Positions 1-8,216 of a DNA stretch of 64,000 nt are shown one piece after another. Each line of letters begins with the position of its first letter. Position 1 is the first letter of the stretch. Both the position numbers and the translations under genes were made by a program. The stretch comes from Candidatus Parcubacteria bacterium (lineage in GTDB: Bacteria; Patescibacteriota; Saccharimonadia; UBA4664; JBIOIQ01), in contig OY970378.1 of NCBI GenBank assembly GCA_963718875.1, forward strand, positions 1,011,691 to 1,075,690. The letters run 5' to 3'. The notes beneath the pieces are model-generated. The model worked only from the letters and a program-made list of their open reading frames with translations, was not told the DNA's origin and made no database searches.

Positions 1-159
1 AAGCTCCTTGGCGGTTTGGGCGGAGCGATGCCTGTCGATCAAGGCCTGGATCTGATGGAGTCTTGCACCCTGGGGGACTTCAATTTCCAGCTCTGCAGCT
101 TGCGCTACAAGCCGAGCAAGGTTGGCACCATAAGAGCCGCTTGAACCATGAAAACCCAT
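1..159 (-). CDS. hypothetical protein, N-terminal part (gene continues beyond window start); GC-rich
   Basis: minus-strand ORF open to the window edge; SD AAAGGAG is 7 nt upstream of ATG (157-159 minus); translation MGFHGSSGSYGANLARLVAQAAELEIEV... Confidence 0.35.
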   Translation of the reverse strand, partial: MGFHGSSGSYGANLARLVAQAAELEIEVPQGARLHQIQALIDRHRSAQTAKEL

Positions 160-285
160 GCTTACTCCTTTTGGTGGGGGCTGGATAGGCTGATACTAGT
201 CTTAACTGATTAAGGTTGGTTCAGTCAAGCATGAGAGCTTTTAGCTCTATCATTTTTGAGCTGGTAAAATACGCTCAAACTGATT

Positions 286-1956
286 ATGCTTAGTATGATG
301 AACTTAAAAGATGACATTACTGCTCTCATAAAAGGTGAGGTAGAGAGTAGTCCTGAGACCCTGGCGATCTACAGCCATGACGCGAGCTTGTTTGAAGTTG
401 TTCCAGAACTGGTTGTGTATCCTAAGGATGCTAGTGACGTGGCGGCTTTGGTCAAGTATGCATCCAATCACAAAAAAGGTCATCCTACCCTATCACTAAC
501 CGCCCGCAGTGCAGGTACCGATATGTCTGGGGGCGCCGTAAACGACAGTATTATTGTTGATTTTAATCGCTATTTCACATCAATCGAAAAAGTGACCGCT
601 AGCACTGCTAAGGCTCAGCCGGGGGTATTTTATCGTGATTTTGAAGCCGAGACTCTTAAACACCACTCCCTCATGCCCAGCTACCCCGCCTCCCGCCAGC
701 TCTGCACTATTGGGGGGATGGTCAATAATAATTCGGGTGGTGAAAAATCGTTAGAGTATGGTAAAACCGAAAATTTTGTAAAAGAGTTAAGTGTGATTTT
801 GGCTGACGGAAACGAGTACGTTATAAAACCCTTAAATCGCAAGGAGCTAGCGGCCAAGCTAAAGCAAAAAAACTATGAAGGGCGCATATACCAACAGATC
901 TATCACTTGGTAGACGATCACTACGACAAAATTAAAGCCGCCAAACCAAATGTCACAAAAAATTCTACTGGTTACAATCTTTGGAACGTGTGGGACCGAG
1001 ATACCGGTGTGTTTGATTTGACCCAACTGTTTGTAGGCGCACAAGGGACTTTAGGCTTTGTGACCGATATTAAATTCAAACTTGTGCCCGCCCGTAAACA
1101 TTCTGGCTTACTAGTAGCTTTCATGAAAGATATCAACAACCTGGGTGAAGTCATTAACGTAGTGCTGTCACATCATCCGGCTAGTTTTGAGTCGTTTGAT
1201 GATTACACCCTAAAGTTGTCTATAAAGTTTATGCCTTATTTTGTAAAAACTTTGGGTGTTTGGGGCGTTATTAAATTAATGATAAGTCTTATCCCCGACG
1301 CACTGGTACTGTTGCACGGTATACCTAAACTCATTATGTTAGTGGAGTTTAACGGTGAAACACCCGGGGAGGTAAAACAAAAAATTCAGGCATTACACAA
1401 ACAGCTTGACTTAAATCATTACCGCTACGAGATCCAGAGCCAAGAAGAGGATTTAACCGAAGAATCTAGCAAAAAGTTTTGGATTATGCGCCGCGAAAGC
1501 TTTAATTTATTACGCAAGAAAGTTAAGGACAAACACACGGCACCCTTTATTGATGATTTGGTTGTTCCCCCGCCATATTTAACCGAATTTTTGCCTAAAC
1601 TACGCAAAATTATTAAAAAGTATAAATTACTAGCAACAGTGGCTGGACACATGGGCGATGGAAACTTTCATATTATTCCGTTAATGAAATTGGAGGACAA
1701 GGACGAGCGAGCTAAATTGCGGCCGGCTATGAAAGAGGTTAATGAGTTGGTGCTGTCATATCATGGCGTGCTGTCGGGTGAGCATAACGATGGGATGATC
1801 CGCGGGCCGTGGCTTGAGCAAGCCTATGGGCGTGATATATATAGGTTGTTTAGGCAGACAAAAAATATTTTTGATCCGCAGGAGATTTTTAATCCGCATA
1901 AAAAAGCCAATGCTGATTGGAAATGGAGCATGAGCCACGTGCGGAAAAGTTTTTAA
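286..1956 (+). CDS. FAD-binding oxidoreductase (FAD-linked oxidase / GlcD, D-lactate dehydrogenase-like family)
   Basis: 556-aa ORF; PCMH-type FAD-binding N-terminus (TARSAGTDMSGGAV...IVDF) and C-terminal FAD-oxidase-like region (HMGDGNFH). Confidence 0.65.
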   Translation: MLSMMNLKDDITALIKGEVESSPETLAIYSHDASLFEVVPELVVYPKDASDVAALVKYASNHKKGHPTLSLTARSAGTDMSGGAVNDSIIVDFNRYFTSIEKVTASTAKAQPGVFYRDFEAETLKHHSLMPSYPASRQLCTIGGMVNNNSGGEKSLEYGKTENFVKELSVILADGNEYVIKPLNRKELAAKLKQKNYEGRIYQQIYHLVDDHYDKIKAAKPNVTKNSTGYNLWNVWDRDTGVFDLTQLFVGAQGTLGFVTDIKFKLVPARKHSGLLVAFMKDINNLGEVINVVLSHHPASFESFDDYTLKLSIKFMPYFVKTLGVWGVIKLMISLIPDALVLLHGIPKLIMLVEFNGETPGEVKQKIQALHKQLDLNHYRYEIQSQEEDLTEESSKKFWIMRRESFNLLRKKVKDKHTAPFIDDLVVPPPYLTEFLPKLRKIIKKYKLLATVAGHMGDGNFHIIPLMKLEDKDERAKLRPAMKEVNELVLSYHGVLSGEHNDGMIRGPWLEQAYGRDIYRLFRQTKNIFDPQEIFNPHKKANADWKWSMSHVRKSF

Positions 1957-2288
1957 GTTTTATTCGGATTCTTTTAGTCAATGACGGGTGCTTTTTCGAC
2001 AAATAAATCCATCTTTTATTACCCCGACAGAGGTGTAGATATCTTTTTTGTTTTTTATATCACCAAAAGTAATAATATATTAGTACTTTTGGTGATATAA
2101 TCTTGGGAATGTATTAGACCCCTCCTTGGATATGAGGACGTAAACACCACGGCGTTACCGATAAAGCAATGGACATAAATTCATTATTAAAAGAAATCTT
2201 TGTTTTAGTTGGTGGATCACCGGATCTTGGTCCGGGGAAACTAGTTCAGGATAGCCTAAGGGGTGCGACGGGTTCTATAATGATTAAC

Positions 2289-3011
2289 TTAGCGGTACTC
2301 GGGGTTTTCAAAATCAAACCTGGCGCCGTCATCCCAACCTTTGCGCTGATTTCCGTAGGCCGGAATGCCGCCCGCCCGCTTGATCATATCGGCCAAGTGC
2401 ATCAGGTTCCATGTCATGAAAGTAGTGTTGCGGTTGGTGAAATCGTTTTCTGGCCCGCCTGATCCAGAGTCAAGGTATGAAGGTCCTGGACCAGCCTCCC
2501 CTACCCAGCCTGCGTCAGCTTGAGGAGGGATGGTATAGCCGAGGTGTTGTAAGCTGTACAGGGTATTCATGGTACAGTGCTTTATGCCGTCCTCGTTTCC
2601 TGTAATGAGGCTTCCTCCGACTTTACCATAAAAGGCGTATTGGCCGGCTTCATTTAAAATGCTACTGCAGGCATAAAGGCGTTCGATGACGCGCTTCATT
2701 ACCGAGCTGTTATCGCCCAACCAAATCGGCCCGCATAACACTAGTATATCGGCAGTCATAACTTTTTTATAAATATGCGGCCATTCATCTGTATCCCAGC
2801 CGTGCTCGCGCATATCAGGCCACACACCCGTGGCTATATCGTGGTCAATCGCGCGAATCAACTCTGTCTGTACACCGTGTTTATCCATAATGTCACGGCT
2901 GATCTTGATTAACCCTTCGGTATTACTGGCTTCGGGTGATTTTTTTAGGGTGGCATTTATGTATAAGGCTTTTAGATTAGAAAAGTCCCATTTATTTATT
3001 TGCTCAGCCAT
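2289..3011 (-). CDS. flavodoxin-like fold NAD(P)H-dependent FMN reductase family protein
   Basis: 240-aa ORF; ADILVLCGPIWLGDNSSVMKRVIERL resembles the FMN-reductase/flavodoxin-like core. Confidence 0.5.
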   Translation of the reverse strand: MAEQINKWDFSNLKALYINATLKKSPEASNTEGLIKISRDIMDKHGVQTELIRAIDHDIATGVWPDMREHGWDTDEWPHIYKKVMTADILVLCGPIWLGDNSSVMKRVIERLYACSSILNEAGQYAFYGKVGGSLITGNEDGIKHCTMNTLYSLQHLGYTIPPQADAGWVGEAGPGPSYLDSGSGGPENDFTNRNTTFMTWNLMHLADMIKRAGGIPAYGNQRKGWDDGARFDFENPEYR

Positions 3012-3044
3012 ATCCAGCTCCTTTTACTTATCTTATTATACGCC

Positions 3045-3095
3045 AGCAAAAAGAAAAGCCGCCGTCCGCTCTCGACCTTGCGGGTCGGGTGCGAA
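3045..3095 (-). terminator. Rho-independent terminator of the GC-rich membrane-protein gene
   Basis: minus-strand hairpin gccgccgt...acggcggc followed by UUUUCUUUUUG. Confidence 0.5.
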
Positions 3096-3112
3096 CGGCG
3101 GCGGGTACGCGA

Positions 3113-3622
3113 CTAGCGGTTCCGGTTTGCCGCGTGAACGATCTGAGCGGCGATGCCCACCCAGACCAAGACGACCAACACGGTGGCGAGCATGGCTGTT
3201 CCTCGCCTCACAGTGCCTCCGTCATAGAAGGGGGTCTCCTGGAAGCCGACGCCGTAGTTGGAAGCGTTGGCTACTGCCGTTCTTCCGGTGCTGGCCTGTT
3301 CCCAGACGGTGACGACCGGACGCTCCCCCGAGGGGATGTCCTTGATCAACATGTTGACGGTCAAGGCTTGCGGCTTGGTCGAGAGCCTTCCGACGTAGGA
3401 AACGGCGACCTTCTGGTAAGGCCCGTAGTAGCTGGAGTGCACCTGGTCGTCGACGCCTGCGACAGATCCCTGGATCGGGTCACCCCACAGACTGATCGAG
3501 TGGTCGCGTCCGTGCTCGCCGGCGATGTTGCCGATGGTGACGAGCGTGGTGATGATCAGAACGGTTGAGACGATTCCGGCCACAACCCACCCTATGATCC
3601 TCAATCCGTTATTGGTACGCAC
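3113..3622 (-). CDS. hypothetical membrane protein (N- and C-terminal TM helices) in a GC-rich islet
   Basis: 169-aa ORF; GTG start with GGAGG SD 7 nt upstream; own terminator; local GC clearly above the flanks. Confidence 0.5.
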   Translation of the reverse strand: MRTNNGLRIIGWVVAGIVSTVLIITTLVTIGNIAGEHGRDHSISLWGDPIQGSVAGVDDQVHSSYYGPYQKVAVSYVGRLSTKPQALTVNMLIKDIPSGERPVVTVWEQASTGRTAVANASNYGVGFQETPFYDGGTVRRGTAMLATVLVVLVWVGIAAQIVHAANRNR

Positions 3623-3767
3623 GTAAAGACCTCCGGTTCGGGGCGGGACGATCCCGCATCTGAACGTAGCCGGTGTATTATAGCAAAAAAGGTTATGTTT
3701 GTCAAGTCGCTCATTTTCTTAAGGTTATTGAGTCGGAGTGACATATAGGTGATGTGCGCGTACAATT

Positions 3768-4736
3768 TTGGTTATGGAACCGGTTTTACCTTCTATTAAG
3801 CCTGTAATTAAAAGTTCTCAACACGTGTTTCTTAATGAGGCTATGCTAATGGAGTTTTGTAAAACAGTGACGCCAGCCGAGCTTGAGGGAACAGAGTTTG
3901 AAGATAGCACTATCATTAAGGGGTTAACTGAAGAAGAATATATAGCCCTTTGTTTTGTTGATAGCTCGCTAAATTTTTGCTACTGGGGAGAGCCCAAGTG
4001 GACAATCCAGGTCGACGGCGCGGATTGGGACGGCAGTGCTGCCATGATTAGGGCTATTAAGCAGGCCGTGGAAAATGATTATCCCCTGCTTAGCGCCGAT
4101 TATTTAGCTACTATACCGCTAGCCGACCTCGGAACTATCTTCAAAGGCAATGTCACGATTCCGCTGTTTAACGAACGTCTGGAAATTTTACGGGCATTGG
4201 GGCGAATTACCAAAGAAAAGTTTGGAGGTCAGTTTAGTAATATTGTGCAAGCTGCCAACTGGGATTCACTGGCTTTAATTGATTTGATTGTACGCGATTT
4301 TCCGACAGTGTTTGACGATGCAGTCAACTACCATGGGCACAAGGTTGGTTTATATAAGCGCGCTCAACTGCTCCCGGTTCAGCTTCACGACCTGCATGGA
4401 TTGGGGTTGGTAGGAAGACAGATTAACGGTTTTGCCAGCGTTACAGCCATGGCCGATTATAAAATTCCGCAAGCGTTGCGCAAGTTTGGCATATTAGAAT
4501 ATACGACTGAACTGGCAGGCAAAGTTGATAATTTAGTCGAGCTACCGGAAGGCAGCGAGGAAGAGGTGGAGATCCGGGCAATGACAATTTGGGCTTGCGA
4601 GCTGATTGCGGGGGAACTAAACAAGCGTATGCCGGATGTTTATGCTGCTCGCGTAGGCGTTTTGTTTTGGTGGAAGGGCCAGGTTAAGTCGCCCGATGAT
4701 AAGCCTTATCACCGCACCCGGACTGTTTGGTATTGA
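3768..4736 (+). CDS. qng1: queuosine salvage protein Qng1 (DUF2419 / C9orf64 family)
   Basis: 322 aa; blocks KEKFGGQFSNIV, LYKRAQLL, AMADYKIPQALRKFGIL, EVEIRAMTIWACELI align with my recalled human C9orf64/QNG1 sequence. Confidence 0.7.
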   Translation: MVMEPVLPSIKPVIKSSQHVFLNEAMLMEFCKTVTPAELEGTEFEDSTIIKGLTEEEYIALCFVDSSLNFCYWGEPKWTIQVDGADWDGSAAMIRAIKQAVENDYPLLSADYLATIPLADLGTIFKGNVTIPLFNERLEILRALGRITKEKFGGQFSNIVQAANWDSLALIDLIVRDFPTVFDDAVNYHGHKVGLYKRAQLLPVQLHDLHGLGLVGRQINGFASVTAMADYKIPQALRKFGILEYTTELAGKVDNLVELPEGSEEEVEIRAMTIWACELIAGELNKRMPDVYAARVGVLFWWKGQVKSPDDKPYHRTRTVWY

Positions 4737-4744
4737 ATCTTATC

Positions 4745-4850
4745 TTGTCATTCCCTATCGGAAGCCAGCAAAATGATTTGTTTTATACAATCCGCGCTCC
4801 GGATAGGGAATCCAGGGCTTTATCTATTTTTATTTCTGGGTCCCTCTTCG
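4745..4850. repeat. modular palindromic intergenic repeat, gene-less copy (module 1 TGTCATTCCC-TATCGG..CCGGATA-GGGAATCCAGG, then module 2 TTTTTATTTCTGGGTCCC)
   Basis: same modules recur at 31372-31403/31700-31745, 32750-32936, 45167-45290 and 34364-34398. Confidence 0.6.
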
Positions 4851-5102
4851 AGTAAACCGTGCCACTCGCTTACCCTCCCACTCAACTTCTTCTATCCACT
4901 CGTCTACTGGACGGATAAACAACAACTTGTCGCCGTACTCAGCTCTATAAATAACGCAAACTGCATCAGTGCTTTCTTGAATGGCCAAGTTTAAGACGGT
5001 ATAAATCTGATTTTTATAATGATTATACTGTGCACCAACCTCGACTTGGTCGGCGGCTTGGGTGAGCATTTGTGATAATTCGATTTGCGATTTATGAGAC
5101 AT
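4830..5102 (-). CDS. DUF1653 domain protein
   Basis: 90 aa from ATG 5100-5102 (minus) with AAGGA SD; YKNQIYTVLNLA...VCVIYRAEYGDKLLFIRP is the DUF1653 pattern. Confidence 0.6.
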   Translation of the reverse strand: MSHKSQIELSQMLTQAADQVEVGAQYNHYKNQIYTVLNLAIQESTDAVCVIYRAEYGDKLLFIRPVDEWIEEVEWEGKRVARFTRRGTQK

Positions 5103-5205
5103 GAACGAGTTCCTTGTAATCAACAAATGACAAGTAACAATTTACAAACAATTTCAAAAAGTTAAGTTTAAAATTCCAAATCACTACCCCACACATAGAA
5201 CTACC

Positions 5206-5237
5206 GGTGACAGACTCTCCAATGAGAGTCTGTCACC
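5206..5237 (-). terminator. perfect 14-bp stem / 5-nt loop hairpin without U tract downstream of the HicB-like gene (possible U-less intrinsic terminator)
   Basis: ggtgacagactctc-caatg-gagagtctgtcacc; lies just 3' of the minus-strand ORF ending at 5255. Confidence 0.3.
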
Positions 5238-5254
5238 GCCGTGCAAGGGGTCAA

Positions 5255-5557
5255 CTAGTCGGCCGATCCGTCGTAGTTACCGGTCGATTCATCTTCTTCC
5301 TCTGTAACAGTGCGTCCGAGACGCCGCGCCAAGTCAGGCGAAATGGCGGTGCGTTGAACTTCACGGGCGCGGTTATCCCCACAGAACAACATACGCCCGA
5401 AGCTGGAGTAGAACAGCCCGCACAGTACGTGACCGGTAGCGTGGTCCAACCGGTCGGAGAGTTCGCTTACCCAGATTGCCCAGTCTGGCACTTCGGACTC
5501 TACAAGCCAGTGGGTATCTGACGAGTGATGGTATTCGACGCGATACTGAGTTGCCAT
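5255..5557 (-). CDS. HicB-like antitoxin-fold protein with C-terminal RHH-like segment (GC-rich islet)
   Basis: 100 aa; YRVEYHHSSDTHWLVESEVPDW resembles the HicB/UPF0150 N-terminal fold; TAISPDLARRLGRTV is RHH-like; SD GAGAGG; a 6-codon SD-preceded mini-ORF (MMTVIR) lies immediately upstream. Confidence 0.35.
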   Translation of the reverse strand: MATQYRVEYHHSSDTHWLVESEVPDWAIWVSELSDRLDHATGHVLCGLFYSSFGRMLFCGDNRAREVQRTAISPDLARRLGRTVTEEEDESTGNYDGSAD

Positions 5558-5830
5558 GATTGCCTCTCTAACGCGCCCTCACAGTGAGGGCTAGCGTATG
5601 ACGGTCATCATGGTTGCCTCCTTTGCAAGTTGTAGGGTACAGCTGACGGCCTAAGCGTAACAAGGACTACCGATTAACGCAAACTTTTCAGCGCGCATTC
5701 TTGATCAGGTGTAATCGCCACCAACAGGTGCACTTCTTGCTAGACTTGAGCTAATTTAGCATAAATGTTACGATGGGTCGGTTCTTTAGTATGAAACAGT
5801 AGTCACTAAATCCGCAAACGTCCCGTTTGC

Positions 5831-5888
5831 GACCCCATCGTCTAGCGGTTAGGACATCCCGGCATTAGCCGGGACAACCGGGGTTCGA
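5831..5888 (+). pseudogene. truncated tRNA-Glu-like gene fragment (5' acceptor strand, D arm, altered anticodon arm, 5' T stem; no 3' end)
   Basis: 26 nt plus 14 nt identical to the intact tRNA-Glu at 6149; anticodon arm replaced (TCCCGGCATTAGCCGGGA); no complementary 3' acceptor strand downstream. Confidence 0.5.
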
Positions 5889-5901
5889 GGTTACGAAGTC
5901 T

Positions 5902-6141
5902 ATGATCTATACAGCATATATTCTTTTGACAAGCACGGGGAGCTTTTATATCGGTCAGACCAATGATATGACCGATCGCTTAGTGAGGCACGCTCGAGGG
6001 GAATGCAGTTTCACAAAATCTAGGCTGCCTGTTACTCTTGTGTATAAGGAAGAATTTACTTCTAGATCTCAGGCTGTAACGCGAGAAAGACAACTCAAAT
6101 CTTGGAAAAGCACGCAAAGGCTTAAGGCTCTTATAAATTAG
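5902..6141 (+). CDS. GIY-YIG nuclease family protein (UPF0213 / YhbQ-like, 79 aa)
   Basis: YILLTSTGSFYIGQTNDMTDRLVRH...RERQLKSWKS has the GIY-YIG core; sits between the tRNA fragment and the intact tRNA-Glu. Confidence 0.7.
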   Translation: MIYTAYILLTSTGSFYIGQTNDMTDRLVRHARGECSFTKSRLPVTLVYKEEFTSRSQAVTRERQLKSWKSTQRLKALIN

Positions 6142-6148
6142 ATGGCAT

Positions 6149-6223
6149 GACCCCATCGTCTAGCGGTTAGGACACCAGGTTTTCATCCTGGCAACCGGGG
6201 TTCGATTCCCCGTGGGGTCACCA
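6149..6223 (+). tRNA. tRNA-Glu (anticodon TTC)
   Basis: 75-nt cloverleaf folded by hand; acceptor GACCCCA/TGGGGTC; anticodon loop TTTTCAT; T arm CGGGGTTCGATTCCCCG; encoded CCA. Confidence 0.9.
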
Positions 6224-6225
6224 AT

Positions 6226-6259
6226 AAAAATACCCGAGCTTGTCTCGGGTATTTTTATT
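6226..6259 (+). terminator. Rho-independent terminator after tRNA-Glu (bidirectional-looking)
   Basis: aaaaatacccgag-cttgt-ctcgggtattttt: perfect stem flanked by an A run and a T run. Confidence 0.6.
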
Positions 6260-6422
6260 GGTGAGTGCCGCAGGCACAGCGGACCTCGGTTGAGAGTGAG
6301 CGAAAGCTAACGAGGGGTTTGATAACGAGGAAAGCGCACACAAGTTTACTTGGGGCACATGCCAATGTTATACAAAAATTCCCCGTCGGGTCACTATTCG
6401 TTATCCCTTTTCTAAGCCATGC

Positions 6423-7367
6423 TTAAAGTAGTGGTGCGAGTTCCTGATTGCGCCTAAATAGCTCCTGCAAGTCGCCTAATCGTTCGTCAGGGTTAGTACA
6501 TAGCTCAGCTAAGGTATCTAGTAGCTCCCAATCCTTTTCACTCAACTCATCGTCCCTTGCCGACACAAGTCTCCAAGCGTCCCATTTTTCTCCGAACTCA
6601 AGTCGCACAAGATATGGTACAGCCTCAACTTTGTTCAATGACGCAAAGTCTCTCAGCAACTGACCTCGCACGAACCAAGCACCATACAGTGATTTCAAAC
6701 CGAACTCTTTTGGGTCTGCGCCAATACCGAACCTACTAGAACTTACCTCATCGTCACGCATCATATTCCAGGCAATACCAGCGTTTATAAAATGCTTATT
6801 ACTTACATTCAACGGGTCAAGCGATAGGAGCATTTGCTTGTACTCTGGCTCAATATCTGTCTCAGTATTAGCGTAGTTTTGGAGAACACTTTGCTGGAAC
6901 GGGTCAATCTGAGGGTCAATAGCTATCCAGGTATTACCATTCCAATACTCACAGACCCAATGGTCTTCATATAAGCCTGGTTTTGCAAGATACGTAGCAA
7001 ATCCGCACCTCGCTCGTGCTGGTATGCCTTTTGCCCTAAATAATGCCGTAGCCAGCACCGTAAACTCTCTGCAACAGGCAACCACTCGCTCTTCAGGGCT
7101 GCGTGGTAAAGCTAGCGATATACTGACTTCCCGCAGTTTTGCGGCTTGAGTAATAATTTCACTAGCACTAGGAGTACACTTAGTTCTTTTATGCTCTGGT
7201 TTCAAATGTATGCCGTAGCGCTCAATCCACATATCGTGCACTATTAAGCCTTGAGCAACTTGGAATATGACACGAGGGTCTGCAGAAAGCCAAGTAGTAA
7301 AATCCTTGAAATCGGACAGGTCAGTTAGGCTATCAGGCAGGGCATAATATTCTTGTGATAATTGCAT
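6423..7367 (-). CDS. transglutaminase-like cysteine peptidase superfamily protein
   Basis: 314 aa; CREFTVLATALFRAKGIPARARCGF ... DHWVCEYW match the transglutaminase-like Cys/His/Asp core. Confidence 0.6.
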   Translation of the reverse strand: MQLSQEYYALPDSLTDLSDFKDFTTWLSADPRVIFQVAQGLIVHDMWIERYGIHLKPEHKRTKCTPSASEIITQAAKLREVSISLALPRSPEERVVACCREFTVLATALFRAKGIPARARCGFATYLAKPGLYEDHWVCEYWNGNTWIAIDPQIDPFQQSVLQNYANTETDIEPEYKQMLLSLDPLNVSNKHFINAGIAWNMMRDDEVSSSRFGIGADPKEFGLKSLYGAWFVRGQLLRDFASLNKVEAVPYLVRLEFGEKWDAWRLVSARDDELSEKDWELLDTLAELCTNPDERLGDLQELFRRNQELAPLL

Positions 7368-7464
7368 AGCTCCAGTTTACCACCAGCAATTGCCTGTTAG
7401 AACCACTGAATACTAGACTGCATAGGCAGAGGTGAATAACAGGGTTCTCGCCTGGCAAATACTA

Positions 7465-7493
7465 TTGATTTTTTAGTAACTTTATACTATTAT
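7465..7493 (+). promoter_or_regulatory. sigma70-like promoter (TTGATT-17-TATTAT) for the GC-rich ORF 7529-8122
   Basis: near-consensus -35/-10 with 17-nt spacer about 35 nt upstream of the start codon. Confidence 0.35.
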
Positions 7494-7528
7494 GCACACA
7501 CTCAATCCCCAGACACCAGGAGAGCACC

Positions 7529-8122
7529 ATGCACAGCTTCATCGACTTGCATTGCGGATCTCGGCTATTCGTCGAGGTGGAACTTGACGAATCCATCCGA
7601 ACGGCCCAGGCTCGTGAACGCATCGAGATCATCTTGCTCGATCGGCAAATCGGCCGTCTTTTCCCTACCCTGAAGGGGTTCATGTACTACCCGCCCGACG
7701 AGCGGTGGAATGTGACCAGAATCGTGGAGCGCCTGCACAACCTCCTGAAGGAGCTGTTCGGGGACGACTACACGGTTTCCTACTGCAAGGACCGCGAGAG
7801 CGACGACATCATCATGCGCGAAGCTGATGGGTCCGAGCACGTCGTTGAGCCCAGCCGGCCACTAGGTCGCTTCGGCGCGACCAGGAGGCTTGTTATGCCG
7901 GCTAGTATCGAAGAGTACTTGGACCGTATTGCCAGAGAAGCAGCCGATTACTTCGACCGAGGTGATAGAGGAGCGGCTATCAGCTGCGTTCTGTCTCTGC
8001 TGCAAAGTCATCCCGACACTCAATCCATCGGGCGCACTTCTTCAACTTTGCCTCTCCTATTGGCGGGATGGGAAGGAGGTAGAGACAGGTTCATCGAAAC
8101 GATTACCGGGTTCCAGCCTTGA
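7529..8122 (+). CDS. hypothetical protein (GC-rich islet)
   Basis: 197-aa ORF; SD AGGAGAG 4 nt before ATG; local GC much higher than the flanks; possible terminator-like hairpin near 8150-8185. Confidence 0.45.
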   Translation: MHSFIDLHCGSRLFVEVELDESIRTAQARERIEIILLDRQIGRLFPTLKGFMYYPPDERWNVTRIVERLHNLLKELFGDDYTVSYCKDRESDDIIMREADGSEHVVEPSRPLGRFGATRRLVMPASIEEYLDRIAREAADYFDRGDRGAAISCVLSLLQSHPDTQSIGRTSSTLPLLLAGWEGGRDRFIETITGFQP

Positions 8123-8216
8123 CCGCGTTCATCGCGTTCCCCTGCTCCGATCGAAGCTTACGGCTTCGGCCGGAGCTTCTTTCGTTATGCCCCTCGTGGA
8201 ATTGGTTGTGTCGAAA

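Noticed and set aside
2169-2462. 97-aa plus-strand ORF antisense to the flavodoxin-like gene
   Set aside because: Completely overlapped by a well-supported minus-strand gene. No start context.
2830-3568. Plus-strand ORFs (2830-3312, 3089-3568) and similar long ORFs opposite GC-rich genes (20642-21034, 39363-39773, 39329-39598, 44603-45324, 45246-45446, 57358-57720 extended)
   Set aside because: These are shadow ORFs typical of high-GC DNA or palindromes, with Arg/Pro/Ser-rich low-complexity translations and no SD. The opposite-strand or shorter in-frame gene has a better start context.
5831-6223. Possibility that the GIY-YIG ORF is a homing endonuclease inside a group I intron splitting one tRNA-Glu gene (5' exon at 5831, 3' exon at the end of 6149-6223)
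   Set aside because: The downstream tRNA-Glu is complete on its own (own 5' acceptor strand, D arm and anticodon arm), so no splicing is needed. The upstream piece is better explained as a truncated duplicate.
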